Origin: Chiloscyllium plagiosum
Taxonomy: Eukaryota
Length of the DNA: 54,402 bases
Direction: 5' to 3'
Assembly (NCBI RefSeq): GCF_004010195.1
Contig: NC_057720.1
Coordinates: forward strand, 21,549,882-21,604,283
In this document: one piece after another, positions 50,866-54,402 of the stretch
How positions within the stretch are numbered: the first letter of the stretch is position 1
Layout: each line of letters begins with the position of its first letter
Notes under the pieces: model-generated
Databases searched by the model: none
What the model was told of the DNA's origin: nothing
The model's input: the letters and a program-made list of their open reading frames with translations, nothing else
Position numbers and translations under genes: made by a program

Positions 50866-51420
50866 CTCTAATGTAACAAGGCCTTTTTCAGGTTCCAAAC
50901 AATTGAATGTGATAGGGGACTCTCTAGTCAGAGGCACAGACAGACAATAGTGAGAAATCAGAATGGTGCCAAGATCAAGGATATCCTGGAGAGAGTGCAG
51001 AATATTGTCAAAGGGGAGTGGGACCAATAGGAGGCCATTGTACACATTGGAACTAACAGCACAGGAGGGGAAAAGGATGAGATTCTGAAGGGAGTATATA
51101 GCAAGTTAAGAAATAATTTAAAAAGGAGGTCCTCAAGGATAGTAATAACTGGAATACTCCCGGTGCTATGAACTAGTGAGGGGAGGAATAGGAGAATAGA
51201 GCATGGCTGAAGAGCTGGTGTATGGGAGAAGGATTCACATTTTTGGATTGTTGGAATCTCTTCTGGGTAGAAGTGACCTGTACAAGAAGGATTGGAAGGG
51301 GACTAATATACTTGCAGGGAGATTTGCTAGAGCTTCTCAGGAGGATTTAAACTAGTAAGTAAGGGTGTTGGGATCCAGGGAGATAGTGAGGAAAGAGATC
51401 AGTCTGAGAGTGGTACAGTT

Positions 51421-51928
51421 ATAGAGTCATAGAGATGTACAGTATGGAAACAGACCCTTCGATCCAACCCGTCCATGCCGACCAGATATCCTAACCCAAT
51501 CCAGTCCCACCTGCCAGAACCCGGCCCACATCATTCTAAACCCTTCCTATTCATATACCTATTCAAATGCCTTTTAAATGTTGCAATTGTACCAGCCTAC
51601 ACCAGCTTCCTCTGGCAGCTTGTTCCATACATGTACCACCCTCTGTGTGAAAATGTTGCCCCTTAGGACTCTTTTATATCTTTCCCCTTTCACCCTAAAC
51701 CTACGGCTTCTAGTTCTGGACACCTCCACCGCAGAGACTTGTCTATTTATCCTATCCATGCCCCTCATGATTTTGTAAACCTCTATAAGGTCACCCCTCA
51801 ACCTCCGACGCTCCAGGGAAAACAGCCCCAGCCTGTTCAGCCTCTCCCTATAGCTCAAATCCTCCAACCCTGGCAACATCTTTGTAAATCTTTTCTAAAT
51901 ACTTTCAAGTTTCACAACATCTTTCCGA
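51421..51928 (-). mobile_element. CR1/HER1 3' fragment nested antisense in the longer CR1
   Basis: Minus-strand ORF reads MLPGLEDLSYRERLNRLGLFSLERRRLRGDLIEVYK. Reversed tail ATAGAGTCATAGAG. Confidence 0.92.
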
Positions 51929-53820
51929 TTGAGAAAAGAAGCAAGTCAAACAGTCAGGGCAGGCAGGGATAACACATAGAACAAGGTAGAACTGATAAAT
52001 TAAACTGCATTTATTTCAATGCAAGGGGCCTAATAGGGAAGGCAGAAGAACTCAGGCCATGGTTAGGAACATGGGACTGGGATATCATAGCAATTACGGA
52101 AACATGGCTCAGGGATGGACAGCTTAATGTTCCAGGATACAAATGCTATAGGAAGGATAAAAAGGAGGGCAAGAGAGGAGGGAGAGTGGGGTTTTTGATA
52201 ATGGATAGCATTACAGCTGTAGTAAGGGAGGATATTCCTGGAAATACATCCAGGAAAGTTATTTGGGTGTAACTGAAAAATAAAAAGGGATGACTATCAT
52301 ACTTGGATTGTCCAATAGACCCTCTAACAGTCAGCGGGAAATTGAGAAACAAATTTGTAAGGAGATCTCAGTTATTTGTAAGAATAATAGGGTGGTTATG
52401 GTAGGGGATTTTAACTTTCCAAACGTAGACTGGGACTGCCATAGTGTTAAGGATTTAGATGGAGGGGAAATTGTTAAGTATATACAAGAAAAATTTCTAA
52501 TTCAGCATGTGGATGTACCTGCTCGAGAAATAGGTACATCCAAAACTTGACCTACACTTGGGAAATAAGGCAGGGCAAGTGACTGAGGTGTCAGTGGGGG
52601 AGCACTTTGGGACCAGTGACCATAGTTCTATTAGTTTTAAAATAGTAATGGAAAAGAATAGAATAGAATCTAAAAGTTAAAAATCTAAACTGAAGGAAGG
52701 CCAACTTTGACAGTATTAGACAAGAATTTTCAAAAGTTGATTGGATGTGGATGTTTGAGGGTAAAGAGACAGCTGGAAAATGAGAAGCCTTCAAAAATGA
52801 GATAACAAGAATCCAGAGGAAGTACATTCCTGTTAGGTTGAAAGGCAAGGCTAGTAGGTGTTGGGAATACTGGATGACTAGAGAAATTGAGGTTTTGTTT
52901 CAGAAAGGAAGGAAGCTTGTGTCAGATATAGACGGCAGAGAACGAGTGAATCCTTAGAAGAGTATAAAGGCAGTAGGAGTATACTTAAGAAGGAAATCAG
53001 GAGAGCAAAAAGGGGACATGAGATAGCTTTGGCAAATAGGATTAGGGAGAATCCAAAGGGATTTTATAAATACACTAAGAACAAAAGGGTAAGTCGGGAG
53101 AGAATAGGACCCCTCAAAGACGAGCAAGGCAAATTGTGTGTGGAACTGCAGAAAATGGAGGAGATACTAAACAAGTATTCTTCATCAGTGTTTACTGTAG
53201 AGAAGGACTTGAAATACATAGAATATGGGGAGATAGATGGTGACACCATGAAAAATGTCCATATTACAGAGAGGGAGGTGATATCTTGAAATGCATAAAG
53301 GTGGATAAATCCCCGGGACCTGATCAGGTGTACACTTGGACTCTGTAGAAAGCTGGGAAGTGATTGCTGGCCCCCTTGCTGAGATATTTGGATTAGTCAT
53401 AGGTGAGGTGCTGGAAGCCTGGAGGTTGGCTAACGTGGTGCCACTATTTAAGAAGGGTGATAAGGACAAGCCAGGGAACTATAGACTATTGAGCCTTACG
53501 TTGGTGGTGGGCAAGTTGTTGGAGGGAATCCTGAGGGACAGGATTTATACCTATTTGGAAAGGCAAGGATATATAGGGAAAACTATACATTTGGTTGCAG
53601 AACTGGCTCGAAGGTAGAAGTCAGAGGGTGGTGGTGGAGAGATGCTTTTCAGACTGGGAGCCTGTGACTAGCAGTGTGCCCCAAGGATATATGCTGGGGC
53701 CACTACTTTTTGTCATTTATGTAAATGATTTGGATGTGAACACCAGAGGTATAGTTAGTAAGTTTGCAGATTTCATCAAAATTGGAGGTGTAGTGGACAG
53801 TGAAAAAGGTTAAAATCTTT

Positions 53821-54085
53821 GAGGAGAAAGTGAGGTCTGCAGATGCTGGAGATCAGAGCTGGAAATGTGTTGCTGGAAAAGCGCAGCAGGTCAGGCAGCA
53901 TCCAGGGAACAGGAGAATCGACGTTTCGGGCATAAGCCCTTCTTCAGGAATGAGGAAAGTTTGTCCAGTAGGCTAAGATCAAAGGTAGGGAGGAGGGACT
54001 TGGGGAGGGGCGTCGGAAATGTGATAGGTGAAAAGAGGTCAAAGTGAGGGTGATAGGTCAGACTGGGGTGGGGGCAGAGAGGTCG
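53821..54085 (-). mobile_element. Young Penelope pLTR/UTR in minus orientation with hammerhead core
   Basis: 53821-53950 is nearly the reverse complement of 758-889. Confidence 0.85.
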
Positions 54086-54189
54086 GGACCTCCGCGGCTA
54101 TGGGGAATAACTCTGTCTCTGCGGTCGCCGCAGCCACTTCCGCCCCCAGTGACGTCACTAACCTACATGCCCACATCGCCGCATGTGTC

Positions 54190-54402
54190 TCCGCCCCCAC
54201 GCCGATCTCCATGTCTGTCTCCACACCTAACCCCGCCCCCCGGTGAGTTCCGTCACCACGCCTAACCCCGTCCCTTCGCCGATCTCCGACTGCATGCCTT
54301 ACCCCGCCCCCACGCCTATTTCCGTCAACACGTCTAACCCCGCCCCTTCGCCTATCGCCATCACCACGCCCAACCCCGCCTCCACGCCGATCCCCGTCCC
54401 CG
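54190..54402 (+). repeat. GC/CpG-rich ~36-bp degenerate tandem repeat (runs off the window end)
   Basis: A CCTAACCCCGCCCC-like core recurs at 54226, 54261, 54297, 54333 and 54369. Confidence 0.75.

Larger units (their letters stand above)
50320..53811 (+). mobile_element. Long CR1/HER1 LINE retaining ORF1 (SGNH esterase-like) and the ORF2 APE endonuclease/RT 5' part; decayed, with nested insertions
   Basis: ORF1 motifs ISNKYAIL, VIGDSLVRGTD and VHIGTN. ORF2 motifs YFNARGL, IAITETWL, MVGDFNFPNVDW, GTSDH, GNYR, VPQG and KFAD. Confidence 0.9.

Noticed and set aside
54226..54380. CCTAAC motifs suggesting telomeric repeats
   Set aside because: Single motifs at 36-bp spacing, not tandem (CCCTAA)n.

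Overview
Repeat-rich vertebrate genomic DNA, most likely a shark or ray: it carries HE1-type tRNA/V-SINEs, HER1/CR1 LINEs and many Penelope-derived pieces. No intact cellular gene is evident, only weak minus-strand exon candidates, including a 3-nt microexon. The dominant feature is a full-length but decayed class I (gamma/epsilon-like, fish-type) endogenous retrovirus at 27174-36561. It has two 484-bp LTRs (about 23 substitutions by my manual count, no indels), a 4-bp TSD (TGAC), a perfect tRNA-Trp PBS, a structured leader, gag-(TGA)-pol, a gamma-type env and a PPT, and it sits inside the 3' end of a CR1/HER1 LINE. Its most striking property is an extra domain between protease and RT with two HxT motifs (LHVTL ... 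PHVTL), which looks like a 2H phosphoesterase built into Pol. The window also holds about ten short Penelope pseudo-LTR insertions, several with minimal hammerhead-ribozyme cores. Many are fold-back palindromes with TSDs whose two arms share private variants. Repeat boundaries outside the ERV are approximate. Assembly gaps lie at about 13706-13803 and 33764-34681.
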